A stretch of 64,000 nt of DNA from the human T2T-CHM13v2.0 reference genome, Homo sapiens (GCF_009914755.1 NC_060926.1); one strand, 5' to 3'; counted from the stretch's first letter, positions 15,509 through 32,250 are shown. A program made the numbers and translations. The notes: generated from the letters alone by a model not told the origin.

Positions 15509-18500
15509 TCTGTATATTTTATATATCATTTTTCTAAAATTTTGCATTATTTCTAAAATTTCTATAATGTCTGCATTGTTTCTTTAGTCTTCAGTACCAT
15601 AGATATACAGAATAGATATTACACATTTTCTTTTGTATAAAAAAAACTCAAAGGAAGCTATTTTGAGAAGATTAATTTTAAGTAACATACGGATTCAGGA
15701 ATTATACACTTTAAGAATGTGGTGATACTTTAATATCCCCAAAGTATTAAGCATAAAAAACACATTATCATTTCAATGTGTTTATTTTTAATTTGATCAA
15801 CTGCATCCCCCCAATTGAAAAGTCCCATTGAGTATTTGAACAGCTAATTAATATGTAATTGTATAAAATAAGTGCTCATTATTTTAAAAAGGTGGGATAA
15901 TCAAATGTCTGAGAAAACAAAAAATATATAATTTTAATAGAATGTATAGCAAATAAACACTTTATGTCTTCATAATTTATAAACCAAAAGAAGCATTTTA
16001 TTTCTAGCTATAGAACAAACTTTACAAAGGAACTCATCATTTAACCAGGGACTCAATTTAACAGTGATACATTTGTCAATTAAGACACTAAAAGAAAAAC
16101 TATTAGCATATTCTGTAAAATTCTGCAAGGATTTTTGGGAGAAAGTCAACTTGTATGGAGACGGTCCCTAAAATACCCAAAATAAAGTTGCCTAGAAAGA
16201 TGAATCTGCTTTGTAATAACCAAAAAAGAATGGTAAGCATGATGATGGTTTCAGAAAAAAAGCAAAAGAAACAAAAAACCCAGTATGTGTACTGAGTCTT
16301 TAGGGAACAAAAGTAATAGACTGGCAGCCACAGCATATGCTTGAGTGAAGAATGAGTCAACCAGAATATTTCCATAAACCATAATTCCCTAAAACAAAAG
16401 GCTGGATTAATCAAGTCAAATAGTTGCACATCATCTATTTCTAATCATAAGACTCTTTTTTCGTTTTGGTGCTTAGTTGCCTCTCACACTGCAACTTACC
16501 CTGGTGATTTTGAGCCATTGATTCACCAGTCCTCTACATTAAATGGATCTACCCAGACCTCATTGGCTAAGAGATTCCCAATGATCCAAAACTCTTCTTA
16601 CATTCACCCTGTCCTCATCAAGAGACCGTATATGTGTTCCATTCTACTATTGCCCAATTACCTGTATCTCCCAACTCTAACTCCTAGCTCAATGTGTTAA
16701 TTCTAATAACGTAGTTGCATTAACAAGCAATTAAAAAAAACTTCCTGGAAATGCAATATTTTAAATAAAAATAAACATGACAAATATTGTGGAAATTGTT
16801 GGCAATTTGATCATAAGTGGGAATGAAGAGGTCCTTTAAAGCCTTTCTCTAGGTTCCAAACCTACCCTCAAATGCTCAAGTAAATGAAATTTCTTGTGAT
16901 TTTCAGCACTATAATCTACACATCAACCATGAAGAGAAGAGTCTTCAGCAGAACACTCTTCTGAATGTTTTAGTGAATAGTCTTTAAAAGCACTTCTTTA
17001 GGATTTTTTTTTTTAATATTGATCCAGGCTTACATTTTATTGGGATTCATAAACTCTACACACCGACAGTGATCTCCACTGCTGAATAACAGCCTCTCTA
17101 TGTATTAATCCTGACTTTAGAGTTTATAATATAAGAATTGTTAATTTTGTTTTTCTATTAGAGGGGATAATTAGATTGTAAGCCAAAGAATACCTAACTC
17201 TAAAATGGTGAATAAATATCAAAGTATATACTGATGATGATAATATGTTAACAAAGACATTTTGAATTTCGTGAATGTATTGATTTTTATCTGCTAACAT
17301 AATAAGTTCTGCTAAATATTTAAAAGACCCTTTATTTCCCCTCAAAAAAAAAAAAAAAAACAGTATGAGGAGACAATACTACACTCACCACATTTCAGCA
17401 GCATGTTCAGAAAAAAAATGCAATTTACTTTCAAAGTTAATTTATTTTTGTTTTATAAGTGAGGGAATCAAAATGATCTTTCTTTTGTGATATCCACTAG
17501 GGACAGGCAAAATGTTCTTAGTTTATCATAATTATTCTGCAAGAAATTTAGCTTTCCCTTAAGAAATCTGTTAAGAAGAGGCACTTAGCTCAAAGTGGCT
17601 GAGTCATATGTCTCAGGAGGATATCCCAGGGAGTGTGAACGAAGCAGATGTTTCCCATCTTCACCCACTCCTGAAGTGCTATCATTAACACCCTTACCAA
17701 TCACGTGCTGTAAATTGCAAGCATGCTCCATTTAGTTCATTTTCTTGGATAGGTATTTCAATTTGAAAAAGTGATATTCCACATGGTCTTTAATTTTACT
17801 TAGGCTTCCTGGGAGCACTTTCCTTTGCATGTGTGTGACTATTTTCCATGAAAATAAATGAAATATAGCCATGAATATCAATAAAGAAATAGAATACAGC
17901 AATAGATATAAATGAATAGAAACACATTATTTGCTAAAGTATTTTTATAGTGCATATTGGAAAGAACATTATTCACCATACACAGTTATTTTTCCTTTAA
18001 GGTAATTTGACCAACAATGGAATTATAATTAAAATATTTCTTAAATTTTGGTCTCTTTTATGATCTTAAAGCTTAATCTCTCTGAATGCAAAGTATTACA
18101 TATTTGTAAGAAATATATATACATATATGATTACAGTTAAAATTCTGTAGCTTGCTCATGGTTACTAATGAAGGGTAGCATTTTACACTTACATATGTTT
18201 ATTTGATGTAGAATGTTTTTGAGAGCTTTTTAATAAGCCGTGTGTATAGTCACATTAATTCTTCAATACCTCGCCTAAGGGCAAATAACCAAAATTTTAT
18301 TTTATTCTCCCTAAAAAGAGAAAGGAATAATTATAATCAGGCTGTGAACTGATTAGAACTCTCAAATGACAATGCAGCATAGGACTTTATAGTTCTACTT
18401 TATGAAGAAGTTTTGATTACTAATGGAAGAGAGAAAGAAATGAGAGACAGAGATTGCAAATAAAAGAAAGCACAATTTTAAATAATAGGCATATAATTAT

Positions 18501-21500
18501 AATTTCTAAAAAAGTATATATTCACATATATGATTTCCTTAAAATTTGTCTTTATTTAAGAATAATGCAGAAAAGTCAAGCGGAAGGATATTATTTAGGA
18601 TATAAAAATTTCAAATGCTCCAGACAATTAAATGTGTCGTAGAGTCTTAAAGAAAATGACACCGACAAATAAGAGTAACTTATAATTGCCCAATGTAATT
18701 CTACTAGTAAAGTTCTGGGAAATAGGATATCCTTTATGATAATATTAATATTTTACTTTAAAAATATGTATAATTTTATGTCACTAAATGAATCCCAAAA
18801 AAATATAGTGCAGAAGTCTAATCTTCATGTATGTCACACACTTTTAACTCAACATTGTCTGTTGTCTCTTGATACTGCTACTTAATTTAAGATAATGCTG
18901 TTCTAATTTTCTGAGCCTTTGGCTTACCTAAGCAACTTATTGACCTAATCTAGATAGGATGTTAATAATAATCATGTCTACTTATTTTGTCTATACATTT
19001 AAAAATAATGGTCTTAAATTGCTAACACTTACTCACAAGTTAGAAAAGTGATTATTGTCTTAAAATATTCCATGTGATGTGTTGTCTTAAAACATTTCAT
19101 GCGGAACCCAGATGTATTTAGACTGCATCTATGCATAGTCAGTTTCTTATCTATTTTGCTGTCTGTTCTTTCTCTTTTCATCTTCATAATTTATTTAGCA
19201 GGGATAGTAGAGGTAATTGTGTAGCTGGGGAGCTGGAACTGATGAAAAGCAACAGTGACATTTTTAAAAAAGTTGAATGCTCCTATATTTCAAAAACAAC
19301 TATATTTTGGAAATTCAAAATAATTCTTAATAATGGAATTAATCATTCTGTGTTTTTCCTATTTCATTATTTCCATTAACTGAAATAACTGAAGAATAAA
19401 TGTGAAAATTAAATGACAATAATTTGTTTCTGATATAGACCTATAACTTGTTTCATCATTTTCTTCCTGGTGTAAAATTTCTGTTTTATTTGAATATTTC
19501 TTGTATAATTTGCTTCCTTACATTTGGTAAGCTAATATTTAAAAACTTCAAGAAGCTCCCTTTTATTTTCTTGGTTTTATATGTTTACATAAAAATGATA
19601 AATAGCCTCATTTTTCAAACAAAGAAGACCACATTGTACACATAACATAAATAAAAAATGGACAGAAAAGCCTGTCTTGTAATCAGTAATGCAAATTAAT
19701 TATGTCACATTTCATATAAGGAGACAAAAATGTTATAATAATACCAGGATTAATAATAGATCTGTTGACATGAGAGGAGTTTACATTGATTAATACCCTC
19801 CTGAGTATAATTTTAAAATATGTATAAAAGCCTTAAAAATATCATGTCCTTAAGTCAAGGATGTCTGTCAGCCAGATCTGAGCATTTCCATTCATTGATT
19901 TGAATAATTATCAGCTTTCTTTGGTGATATAAAAAGTAGTAGGTAGGAAGATGAAATTAGTGAGTAGAAAGATGAAACTGCTTGTTTAAATCACAAAGCC
20001 GTGATCAGAGTTAAGATCATCTGATTCTTGGCCAGGACTTTTTAAATTTAGTTAGAATAAGAGAGCAAACATATGATGGGAAGAACAATGCCAAAAAATT
20101 AAATTAAAAAAATGTTTAAAATAAGGTAGCAATCAACATGAAAAATGTAACAAGATAATTGCTGAAAAATAGTTAACAGAAACAGATGTCTTTTGATGAT
20201 TTGAAATATTAATGCATGATTATTTTAGATTCAGGCATTAATTAGGATGTCTAGAACAAGATTTAAATTTTGTGATAGTAACTTATTAGGTTAGGGGTTA
20301 GTGACTTGGTAGTAATTTGAATTTCTCATTACTGTTGAAGCCTTAGAATGAAGTCTTTCTATTTGTTATCTTCCTATTTCTTAGTTTGTCTTCCTCAAAT
20401 ACTTTTTTGAGACGTATCTTTATTTGTATATAGAATGTAGATCATGGTGGGAAGCATAGAACTCCATTCTCTAGCCACGACAATGAACAATGATGCCAAT
20501 CATAGTGTTACATCCCCATCACTACAGTCATTACTCCAGGGATATGCTCGTGATTCAAGCCAGTTAATCAGTGATGTATTTCTGCTTACAGAAGTGTCAT
20601 GAGGTAAGACTGAAGATGTCCATTTCCAGGGCTCCAGTCTTTGGAGAAGGTGGTCAGAGAGAATGATGCTGAACAATTTTGAGAGTATTTGGAATGAAAG
20701 CAAGGGAGTGATAGTATATATGTCATTGCTTCTGTTTATGTTTAAGTGCAGTTCTACCTACTTCACAAAATTTGCATTTTCACCCTCTTGATTTATACTT
20801 ATCTTTCTTTCACTCAAACACAAAATATCCTAATTGACTGCATGAGTCTCAACTAACTCTGGTAAAGGAGGAAAGAATGTATATTACATGAATATTCATT
20901 CTTTCTGAACTTGGTTTTTTGTTTGTTTTAGTTTTAGTCAGGAATATCTAGATTATCAGAGCTATCTATAGGCAAAAGTAACAGAAAGTTGGTGGGGTTT
21001 TTTGTTTTGTGTTGTTTTGGAGAATCTCCCCTGTCCCTCAAGCATCCTTCTCTCAGTTTTGTATGCTCTCCCAGTGACCTCAGTTTGCTGATTTGCCCGC
21101 TCAAGGACCTCAGGTATGAGAAACATTAAAATTTTACAAATATGCTATGGCTGCATTCCCTACAATTATATAATTTATATATATTTTTTTCATGCCATGT
21201 TTACCTACTTCAAGCAGGTATATTAGAATTAAATTTAAATGTTAATTAATATTAAATACTCTTAACTATTAACGAGACTGGCATATTACCTAATTACTTT
21301 ATCATTCCAATCAAAATTAATCTTTCTCTCTCTTTTTCTTCTCCACCTGCCCTTTCTCATGGTGTTTCTTCTAGTTGTTATGATGGTCATGGTCCCTGGA
21401 ATTTAGACATCTAAACTGAAGGAAGTCAGAAAACCTGATAATATTAAAATCAAAGATGACAGGCTAAAATTATTTCTTGGTGGAATTTGTATTTTAAGAG

Positions 21501-22100
21501 CCAACTTAACATCCAAACTCTAAGTACTGTATTGCAATGGTGGCATTTCTGACACTATTGTAACTAGGTGGATAAGATATTTTGAGTGCTACAATGAAAA
21601 TTATTTTTTTCTCCCTTCACCAGGACAAAATGAGTTTGAACCTTTTGGATATATCTCAGATAAAATTTAAACAGATTCCAAGAGTCTTAGAGCTAAAAGA
21701 ATTGTAGAATTTGTATGTGCTACGACTTTATCACAAAGATAACAACTCTGACAAGTAGAGAGGATATTTAACAAAGTTTCACAAGGGTCTTGCAATCTGG
21801 CTTGGGACTTCTCCCTTTCAGTATGCTGCCAGTTGTGAAGTAAATGGAAACAGATTTGGACCGGCATTGTGCTAGCAAGGGGTATATGTTGTTGAATACT
21901 TACATGGGAGCCTAGCCCAGAATGTCCTCATACTCACATGCGTTTGGGAAACCACTATCTATTTATGCTACATCAACAAGCATTTTCACTCTCTTGTATA
22001 ACAGTATAAGTATAAACTGCTCATAATTATATTGGCATTATCATTGATTTGCATTTTGTTGTAATCATGCGTAGTGATTTTATTTTAATGTTTTAGGTAT

Positions 22101-22534
22101 TGTTAAAGCAAACTAAATTATATCCTGAAAAGGACTCCTGTACATCTATATCTGAGTCCCTGTGGATGAACTGTAACATAGCTTAATAGTCAGACAAAAT
22201 TGAAAACCTAACTTAATAGTATACGCCTGTAACAATAGCTGAGTGTTGGCCAATCCTAGCAGCCATATGTCGACCACTCATAGACTGCTGAATGTTCAAA
22301 CTGTGTTCAAATAGGGCAAATGCCGAGCTGTAACCAATCTCGCTGTTTCTGTACCTCACTTTCAATTCCTGTATGTCACTTTACCTTTTTAGTCTATAAA
22401 TTTGTTCTGACCATGAGGCACCCCTGGAGTCTCAGTGAACCCGCTGTGATTCTGGGTGCTGCCTGATTCGTGGATCATTCATTGCTCAATTGAACTCCTT
22501 TAAATTTAATTCAGCTGAAGTTTTTCTTTTATTA
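22101..22534 (+). mobile_element. ERV1 solo LTR, MER57 (MER57B-like)
   Basis: Starts tgttaaagcaaactaaa; contains gagctgtaaccaatc; 4-bp TSD gtat on both sides. Confidence 0.85.
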
Positions 22535-22604
22535 GTATCCAGGTCAACAATTCATATTGAGTGTCTTCCAATATGCATTTTATTTGGCAAAACTGATGGA
22601 CAAG

Positions 22605-22967
22605 TGATATGGTTTGGATTTGTGTCCTTGCCCAAATCTCATGTCAAATTGGAGGAGGGGCCTGGTGGGAGGTGACTGGATCATGGGGGCAGATTTTCCC
22701 CTGCTGTTCTCGTGATAGTGGATGAGTTCTCATGAGATCTGATAGTTTAAGTGTGTGGCACTTCCCCCTTAGCTCTCTCTCTCCTGCCGCCATGAGAAGA
22801 AGGTGTTTGCTTCCCTTTCCCCTTCTGCCACAATTATAAGTTTCCTGAGGCCTTCCAGACATGCTCCTGCACAGTCTGTGACACTGTGAGTCAATTAAGC
22901 CTCTTTTATTCATAAATTACCTAGTATTAAGTAGTTCTTTATAGCAGTGTGTAAACAGACTAATACA
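22605..22967 (+). mobile_element. MaLR solo LTR, MSTA-like
   Basis: tgatatggtttgg...gactaataca with perfect 5-bp TSD acaag. Confidence 0.9.
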
Positions 22968-23146
22968 ACAAGAATTCTTATATTCCAAGTAGCTCTATGC
23001 TTCTATTTCATTTTTAAGTCAAAATTCCTATCTTAACTAATTTATGTAAAGGATGTTAATTTTACGACTACAATCTCGAACATAGTACAAGGAGGTAAGT
23101 ACCTCAAAGACAAAGGTCAATTGGCTGAGAAAAGAAATAAAGATTA

Positions 23147-23598
<452 letters not shown>

Positions 23599-24337
23599 TT
23601 AGTAACATATCAAAAATATAAACCAGAACTTGTTAAAAAGACAAATAATAAATGAATTTTCATGTTGAAGCTGGGAAATAAAACAGATAGAAATAAAGTA
23701 GAAAATGAATTGAAAGAATGTTTTTTTTCTAAATTACCACTTTATCAGCTCAGAAATTTAAAATGAAAAAGGAGAAATAATAAATAGAAGTCTGTGTATC
23801 ATGAGGAAAAAATTCCCTGTATTTCAAGTGATGAGTGATTAACAACAAAGATAAATTATACCATAATATTCTAGGAACAATGGTATGTTTGGTACAGGCT
23901 GTACCTTCACCTTCAAAAGCATGTGCTAGGAAGATGCAGATCAACGATGTTGTGAGCAGCACACTGGTGCAGTCATGAGTGTCAAGACTGGTGGAATGTC
24001 AGGACGCTTTTTTACTTTCTTTGACTCTCTCTGGTACTCACACCCACCTACCCCCTAAGCCACTGGGTCAGTAGGTTGCAGAGGCCTCAGCACTGTTGTT
24101 TATAGGGGCAAGTGAACAAAAGGGTAAAAAAAAAAAAAATCATACAGTGAAGGCAGAGTCCAAGATCAACCTAAGAGGGGCGGGGGGAGGGAAGCAATCA
24201 TAAGAAAATAGAGCTTATACTTAATATAAATTGAAAAAAAGGTCAGTGAATGTTTCTGATGAATATCGTATAAACACATAGTATTAGTTTGAAAGCATCA
24301 TGATTGTAGAAAAGCAGAGCAATAGAAACTTCCTTAT

Positions 24338-24848
24338 TGCTTTAGTCATGGTTCTTAAGAGAAACAGAACCAACAGGATATATAGATCTAGATAACTAAG
24401 AGGATAATTACTATAGTAATAGTCTTATGTGATTATAGATTATGGCAGAGAAGTCCTATGATATGCCATTTGGAAGCTGGAGAACCAGGAAAGCCAGTGG
24501 TATAATTCAGTCCAAGGCCAAAGGCCTGAGAACTGGGGGCAGATGGTTTAAGTTCTGGAGTCCAAAGCCTCAAGAACCAAGACCTTTGATGTATAAGGGC
24601 AAAAGATGACTGTTCCAACTAAAGAAGAAAAAGAAAATTCATCCTTTTCCTCCTTTTTGTTATATTCCAGCCCTAGATGGATTGAATGGTGCTGGCCCAC
24701 AGTGATGAGGGCAGATCTTCCCTACTCAGTCTTTGACTCAAATTCTAATCTCTTCCAGAAACAACCTCAGATGCACCCAGAAATAATATTTCTGCTATCT
24801 AGGTATTCTTTACCCAAGTCAAGCTGACACATAAAATTAGCCATCACA
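24338..24848 (-). mobile_element. ERVL solo LTR, MLT2B-like
   Basis: agagaaacagaaccaacagga...caagtcaagctgacacataaaattagccatcaca. Confidence 0.85.
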
Positions 24849-25224
24849 GTAATAATATATTTGAGCTGCTGAATTAAGAAATGTGAGGCCTGCCATACCT
24901 CTGGATTCCCAAGTGACATAATAAATACTTTTACTTTAAAATTAGTTTGATTCAATTTTCTTTTAAATTCAGAGACATTTACTGGATCAGTGACATAATT
25001 ATACGTTTTTATATTCTAACATTTCTGACTGAAACCTCTTTACTGCATAAACTGCTTAACAGTTTTGTTATTTCTTCAAGGACCTCTTCAGTTTTCTCCT
25101 TTGATCTGCATTTCTGGGATCCCCTAAAGCAGAAGATGCTTTTTCTTACTAACTCTTCAGGATGGTCCTCCATTTGACCCGACTTCAGTGTATTGCATTT
25201 ACTCAGATATAAACCCTGCCTCTG

Positions 25225-25340
25225 TTTCCTAGATTGTGAGATCCCAAGGGGCCAGGTCACTTATTTGTCATTACCACACTGATTTTCAGCAGGGTGCTTG
25301 GATTGACATTGCCTCAATAACTAGTTAAGTGAATAAATTG
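25225..25340 (+). mobile_element. L2 3' end
   Basis: ctagattgtgag...ctcaataa...tgaataaat matches the L2 terminus. Confidence 0.55.
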
Positions 25341-26171
25341 TGCAGTTACAATTAGTTTTGTGCCATCACCCAAATTTAATATTTCAGCATAGAGTTGGAG
25401 GCTTTGAATATTGTAACATGCTAGCTATTTGATGTGAAATATAATTGTGCACACTGGTGTTCGATAGGATCATGTCACAAGAGACTATCTAAAAACTACC
25501 AAAGAGCTCACGAAGAAAATACTATTTCCTAACAGTTATATTTTTTCTTTTTCTAGATCATCAAGTAGTCCTAGAGTTTATCAACATCTAACTGACCTCT
25601 GGTGTCACTTCTTTGCTATCCCCAATGCAGAGCAGGGGCATTGCAGGTGAAAGATAGCATATATCCCTTATTAATTTATTCAATAACATATTGGCAATTA
25701 AATTCCACTTACCAAATATCTATCACTCTCCCTATATACTAGATTCCTTGCTAGGTGATGAAGAATGTAGTGTAACAAGAACATGGTAACTTTTACTCTA
25801 AAATGCTTAAAATTTTGCAAGTAAATAAATACATAAATAAAAATAAAAATAAGAGTTAGGCAAGTCTTAAAATAAATTGAATTTAAAACAATGAATTATT
25901 TGCTGTATGGCATGCATTTTACATATGTTGAATAAAGAACAGCTTCTGGCTGATGGTGTGGGACTCAGGGTGGTAGCTCAGAAAAAAAGCCTGTATAAAA
26001 AATACATTTAAGAAGGCAGAGAAATGGATATGAACAGATGTATGGAAGTAGCAATAGCTATAATATGTTCAGAAAACATTAAATTATTTATTTTGAGCAA
26101 AGTGTTGTACAAGGAAGAGCTGCCAGATAAAGCTAGACAGATAGACACAAGCCATACTGAGGAGGGTATCA

Positions 26172-26500
<329 letters not shown>

Positions 26501-29283
26501 TTAACGCCATATGAAACAGGAGGCACTACAATTTTTTGAGTAGGATTGGGATTTGGGAAGTATAATGTGAAAACTCTTTGCAGAATAAATTGGAGTAGGG
26601 AAGGAAAGGAGTTAGAAAACTGTGTAAAGCTTTCATAACCACAGTCTAGGGAATATTTAGCAGGAGCAATAGCAGAGAAAAGGAAGCAACAGAGAACACA
26701 AATTGTTAGGGCCTTCAAAGTCTCGTTGATTTTTTTTTTCTGAAATTATACATATGTTTCTGTCCTCTGCATAAAAAAAATGATGGCTGATTATTTCTTT
26801 TTGGTTCTAGAGAGACGATGAAAATGGATATCCTAGCAGCTGTCTTTTCTACATTGAATACACATGTTGCCTGGTCTCTGGCAATCATCCAATCATCATC
26901 ATGTCAGGAAGAAATAAATTATATGTCAAAAATGAGTCTCAGGCTGTGCTATAGATATTATCACATGGACTTTCCCCTCACCATATAAGACTTCTTTTCC
27001 CACTGGAGTAATTTAAGATCAACCCAGCACAAGACCAATTTATTGCAAAAAGAATGATTGCCTCATGATCCATGGTGCTATGCCCCACCTGGGACTTGTC
27101 AGTTCTTTACTGCACACAGCTGCCTAAGCATCTGCCTTAGCATCGCTAGTATTTGCTGTCCCTTGTGCTTCTCAACTATCTTCAGAAAGGAACGCAATAT
27201 GAAATCAAAAGTTCCTGCAACATTCCCAATTTAGATAAACTGAAGGTTTATAGTTCAGTGCCAAAACTCTTTTGGGCTGTTCTGGCCAAGAATTTTTAAT
27301 ATAAGAATAAATCTACCCCTTGGACCAATGATGTTGATGCAAATAATTGTTGGGTTAGGTATATTTTAAGGACTTATTTTATATTTTTGATTCCTAATAG
27401 TATTTTATAGTAAGAAGATTTTTGTCTTAGCCCCATGAAATTCTCTTTTTGAATTCATAAATGACCAAATCATTTTCTTTATTTTGTCTCCAAACTTCCA
27501 GACTTCTCATAGTTCTTTTCACCTCTCTATCTTGCCTCTCCCAGACCTCTGGCCTGATATTCTATAATGTTTTTATTTGTGATTTCTTTCCACTATCCTA
27601 GCCTTTATGAACAAATAATCAATTTGATGACTTAGAAGAACTCAGTTAATAACTCAAATACATCTTATTAATTAAATTACAATTGGGCATGCGTCATTCT
27701 TAAATCTAAGATGAGTAATTGAATTAAATGCAATTTTGATAATGTTTAAAAGTGAAGCCACCAGTTACAAAATGGTGATAATCTTTTGGAGCCACATAGC
27801 AGTAAATATGTGACTGTAAACACGTTCTACATGACTAAAAAGCTCCTGACCCTGTCAATGTGGGAGGACATAAAAAGCAATATTCTGCAATGAGTGGTGC
27901 TCACTCTAATCCAGTGTTTCCCAAACTATTTTTTTCATTATCACTGTGTCAGGAAAATTTTGAGATTTTTAACCTAATCAACCACCCCAGAAATTTTAAT
28001 CCTATATTGCATATGTGTATATGTACTGTATGCATATCTGCACCTTCTAAATAAAAAAGCTAAAATTATTTCTACTCCTAAAAGCCAATTCATCCCCTTT
28101 GGTGGTATCTTCTTTACTTAGAATTTATGCACTCATGTAAACTTAGGATATGCTAGGACATAAAGTTCTATCTCCAAATCCAGATAATATAGAGTCAAAG
28201 ATTTTTTGTTATACTGTGTGTAACTGGGCTGTGGGAAATGTAGCAATTACACAGGTGACAGAGGCAGATGGTACTGTAAGAACTATCAGGCCATGGCACT
28301 AACCTTGTAAAGTATAGGAAAACAATTACAAAGATCAACAAAATTAACCCCAATATAAATCCTCCTGGACTACAAGACAGGTGAGTAGTTTCATATCAAA
28401 ACATCTGATCTGGCTATTGTTTGATTTTGTATGTATATATAAAGGAAAATCCTAAGACATCTCTGAATGTTCTATCAAATTATTTATTTTAGCAACCAGA
28501 AGACAATAGTCTATGAGAATTAATAATCTATAAACACAGAAACTATAGGCATGACTTCTTCACATTTTATTGTTCAAGGGATAGATAAGTGGAGATGAGA
28601 TTCCAGCAGAGTGTAATTTCAGTGTCCTGAATGACTGGGAAATATTGCCTTAGAGGCTGGAAAGCCAACTTGGCCAGCATCTACTGACATTCACCTGTTT
28701 TGTCTTTACCTTTTGTCAGCAGGGACTTCATTTGGGTAATGCTTACACAGTCAGAGTCGGCCAACATCTAGTGAGCTACTATCTCAAACCTAGATATTCA
28801 CTGAAAGAGAGACAGGAAAGGCAATTCTACCTTCAGAAAAAAGCAATATGGAGTTAAAAGAACATCATGCAAGAAAATGAGAAAGAAACCTTTTTCCATA
28901 GTGAAAAATACTTTTCAGCTAAAAGAAAATTCTTAGAATTTTTGAAGTCCATTTTAATTATTGTATTTCTTCTAAGTTAGATAATGGCAATGTGGCCTTG
29001 TTAATCAAAAGTCATTGAACAGCTAGATATTAGCTGTTTCCTATTAAGAAAAAAATTAAGATGTTAGTTCAGAGGCTGCTCATACATAGCCATCAGGGAA
29101 TTAAATTGTTTTCATGTATAATTAAAAAGTGTGTTCTTCCATCAAGAAGAAAGCTACAGCTTGCATGCCAGTAAGTACTTAATTGGAAAGAAAATGGACC
29201 AAATAGAACAATTCTACTATGAGAAAGAAAAGTTGTGAGAACTACATCTGCAATAAATAAATATATTAATTACTCTCCTATTA

Positions 29284-29615
<332 letters not shown>

Positions 29616-29972
29616 ATCCAGTGAAAACAACTAACTTACTTTTCACAATCTTTCGGGGTTATTTTTAAAAATCACATGTTTAATCATTGATCTATCTCAT
29701 TTTTTTCTGACAACTACTTGCAGCACGTCCTTTAATTCAATTGATATTCTTCTTATATCTTATTCAAAATTAAAGTCATAAATGGACCGAGGCATTCAAA
29801 ACAGTGAGTTGCTACAGAAATAAAATATAAATATAAAGAAAAATATGATTAAATGTAATCGGATAAGATAAAATCAGCTCTAAACTTTTTATATTATAAA
29901 ATTTACCACATTAAAAATGATAAAAATTAGACAAGAATATTTCATACATTTTAAAAGCTATAACTCACTTAG

Positions 29973-30281
<309 letters not shown>

Positions 30282-32250
30282 CACTACGGTTTCTTTACAA
30301 TCTTATATATAATCTTCTATATACCATAACATTTTGCAGAATTGATTACCAAGGTTTAGTTTAATACATAAGATGGTCAAGAAAATGTTTTAGCAATTAA
30401 TTCAATATGCAGAGTATTTTATGACAAAAACGTCAAATATATATATGTGTTGTGTATATTCTCATATTTATTGTAATGTACATATAACATCTAAATAAAA
30501 GGGTAGACATTTGACAGTTTACTTAATTCAATTTACATCCAGAGAGAGAGAAATTAAGCTACTATTCATAAAAGTTTAATTCTAGAAACATTTACCAATC
30601 TCTGAACTTTGTGTGGACCATCATGCATTGGATAAATTCAGGTGACCAGACTGAAAAAAAAAGTATCTGGATGGATTAAAAGATAGATAGGTTATAGATG
30701 GGTAGAAAGAAGATAGATAAGATTTATAGAAAATGCAGAAGTTAAAAAAATTTAACTGCTAATTTTAACTTCTAACTAAACATATTTAAAAATTTTTATT
30801 GTTCTCTGAAGAATTTTAGGTGCTTTTTCCTCAGTAGGGATGCTAATCTATTCACCACAACCTCTTACCTATTTCTGGCAGTCTAACCCAATAGTTCATA
30901 TCAGATTCTTAGCTCACATTTTTCCCTAACCTCCTCATTCTCGTTTACACTTTTTTAAATATAAAAATAAAGTTGCTCATTCATGTTTAACAAGAAATCT
31001 ATCAATGACATTTCTGATTATGTTGTATGGCTAAGTCAATAACTTTTCCTAGGAACAAAGAGGTTCGTACTTATAAAGAGAAGTCTTTAGTTGTTTTGAC
31101 AGTCATAAGGTAATTAAAGGCTAAGAAAAATACAGATTTCTAGTTTGATTCAATAAGGATGAGGAACATCAGTATTTTGAGAAAAATCTTTATTGAAGAA
31201 TTGCCAGCTATATAAATGTCAATTGCACTGGACCTAAATTACATTCTTTTAACTATATGCAGATTGCTTAAATTCAATAGTCAAATGTGTAATTGTGATT
31301 CTGAATTGAGAAAAATTAAGTTTTTAAAAATGTCTTTTGAAATGCAATTTGCTATGTAAAAACTTGGAATTGATGTTTAAAATAGTGACAAAATGAACAA
31401 AATATAATAAAAGCTATGTAATACACGATAAAATTGGTGATTTGAGGGGTAACAAAATTTTTTACAAAATTAAATATAACATCAAAAATTACCAAATAAT
31501 TTAGAATGTACCACACTCACATTTGCAGTCTTGTAGTCAAGTAAATGGAGCTTCTCAGTAAGAAATTCATTAAATCTATTTGATCCCTAGCTATAATATT
31601 CTATTTTTCTTCTCTTTGTCATTTAAATTATACCCTGTTGTTTAGTGCAATTGTACATAAAATGTGCACAGTAACTTTCAGACCATCTGTTATTGGTATC
31701 TGTTTTGTTTCTTTCTTTGAAATTATAATAACTGTCATGAATTCTGAAATGGAGTATTCTTCTGGCCTTCTGGTTAAGATCATTCCTACATCTGCTCCCA
31801 GGAAAACTGAAGTGAATACAGCATTGAATGAGCTCTGTGATCAACTATGGCTCATTTATTTCTAACTGTTATGACTAGAGGTGTGTCTGAAATCTTGGTG
31901 CTATAAAAATGCTCTAAAGATAGCCCTTCATAGAATTGCAATATTAATAACACTCCTCTTTACACATGATTGACCAGGAAAAATTGATTCGTTTCTTTGT
32001 TTCTCCCCACAATCTTGAATCATTAATACCTGTGGTATTTTTGCCTCCAGGAACACTGTCCATCAATATACATACTAAGAAAAGTACCCTAATTATCGCT
32101 ATTCTTTAAAGACTAAGTACCTTCTTTGAAATAAGTTACTTTTCTTGGGAACTTTAAAGAGTATGTCTCTTTTGGCTTAGTAAAAAGGAAACAGGCTTTA
32201 AGGATCCAGGATCTGAATGATAATACTGCTTGTTTCTTATTAAAAACTTA

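Noticed and set aside
19050-19105. Short imperfect tandem duplication ttgtcttaaaa...catg (similar ones at 45039-45097 and about 48616-48645)
   Set aside because: Ordinary slippage duplications in AT-rich DNA with no further structure
24175-24195. G-rich patch as a G-quadruplex
   Set aside because: Only three G-runs of three or more
25140-25230. TACTAAC branch-point match followed by ttcag
   Set aside because: The branch point is only about 7 nt from the AG, it borders an L2 remnant, and no good donor follows
28250-28390. Strong donor CAG|gtgagt near 28380
   Set aside because: No convincing acceptor or open frame; isolated donor motifs are frequent by chance
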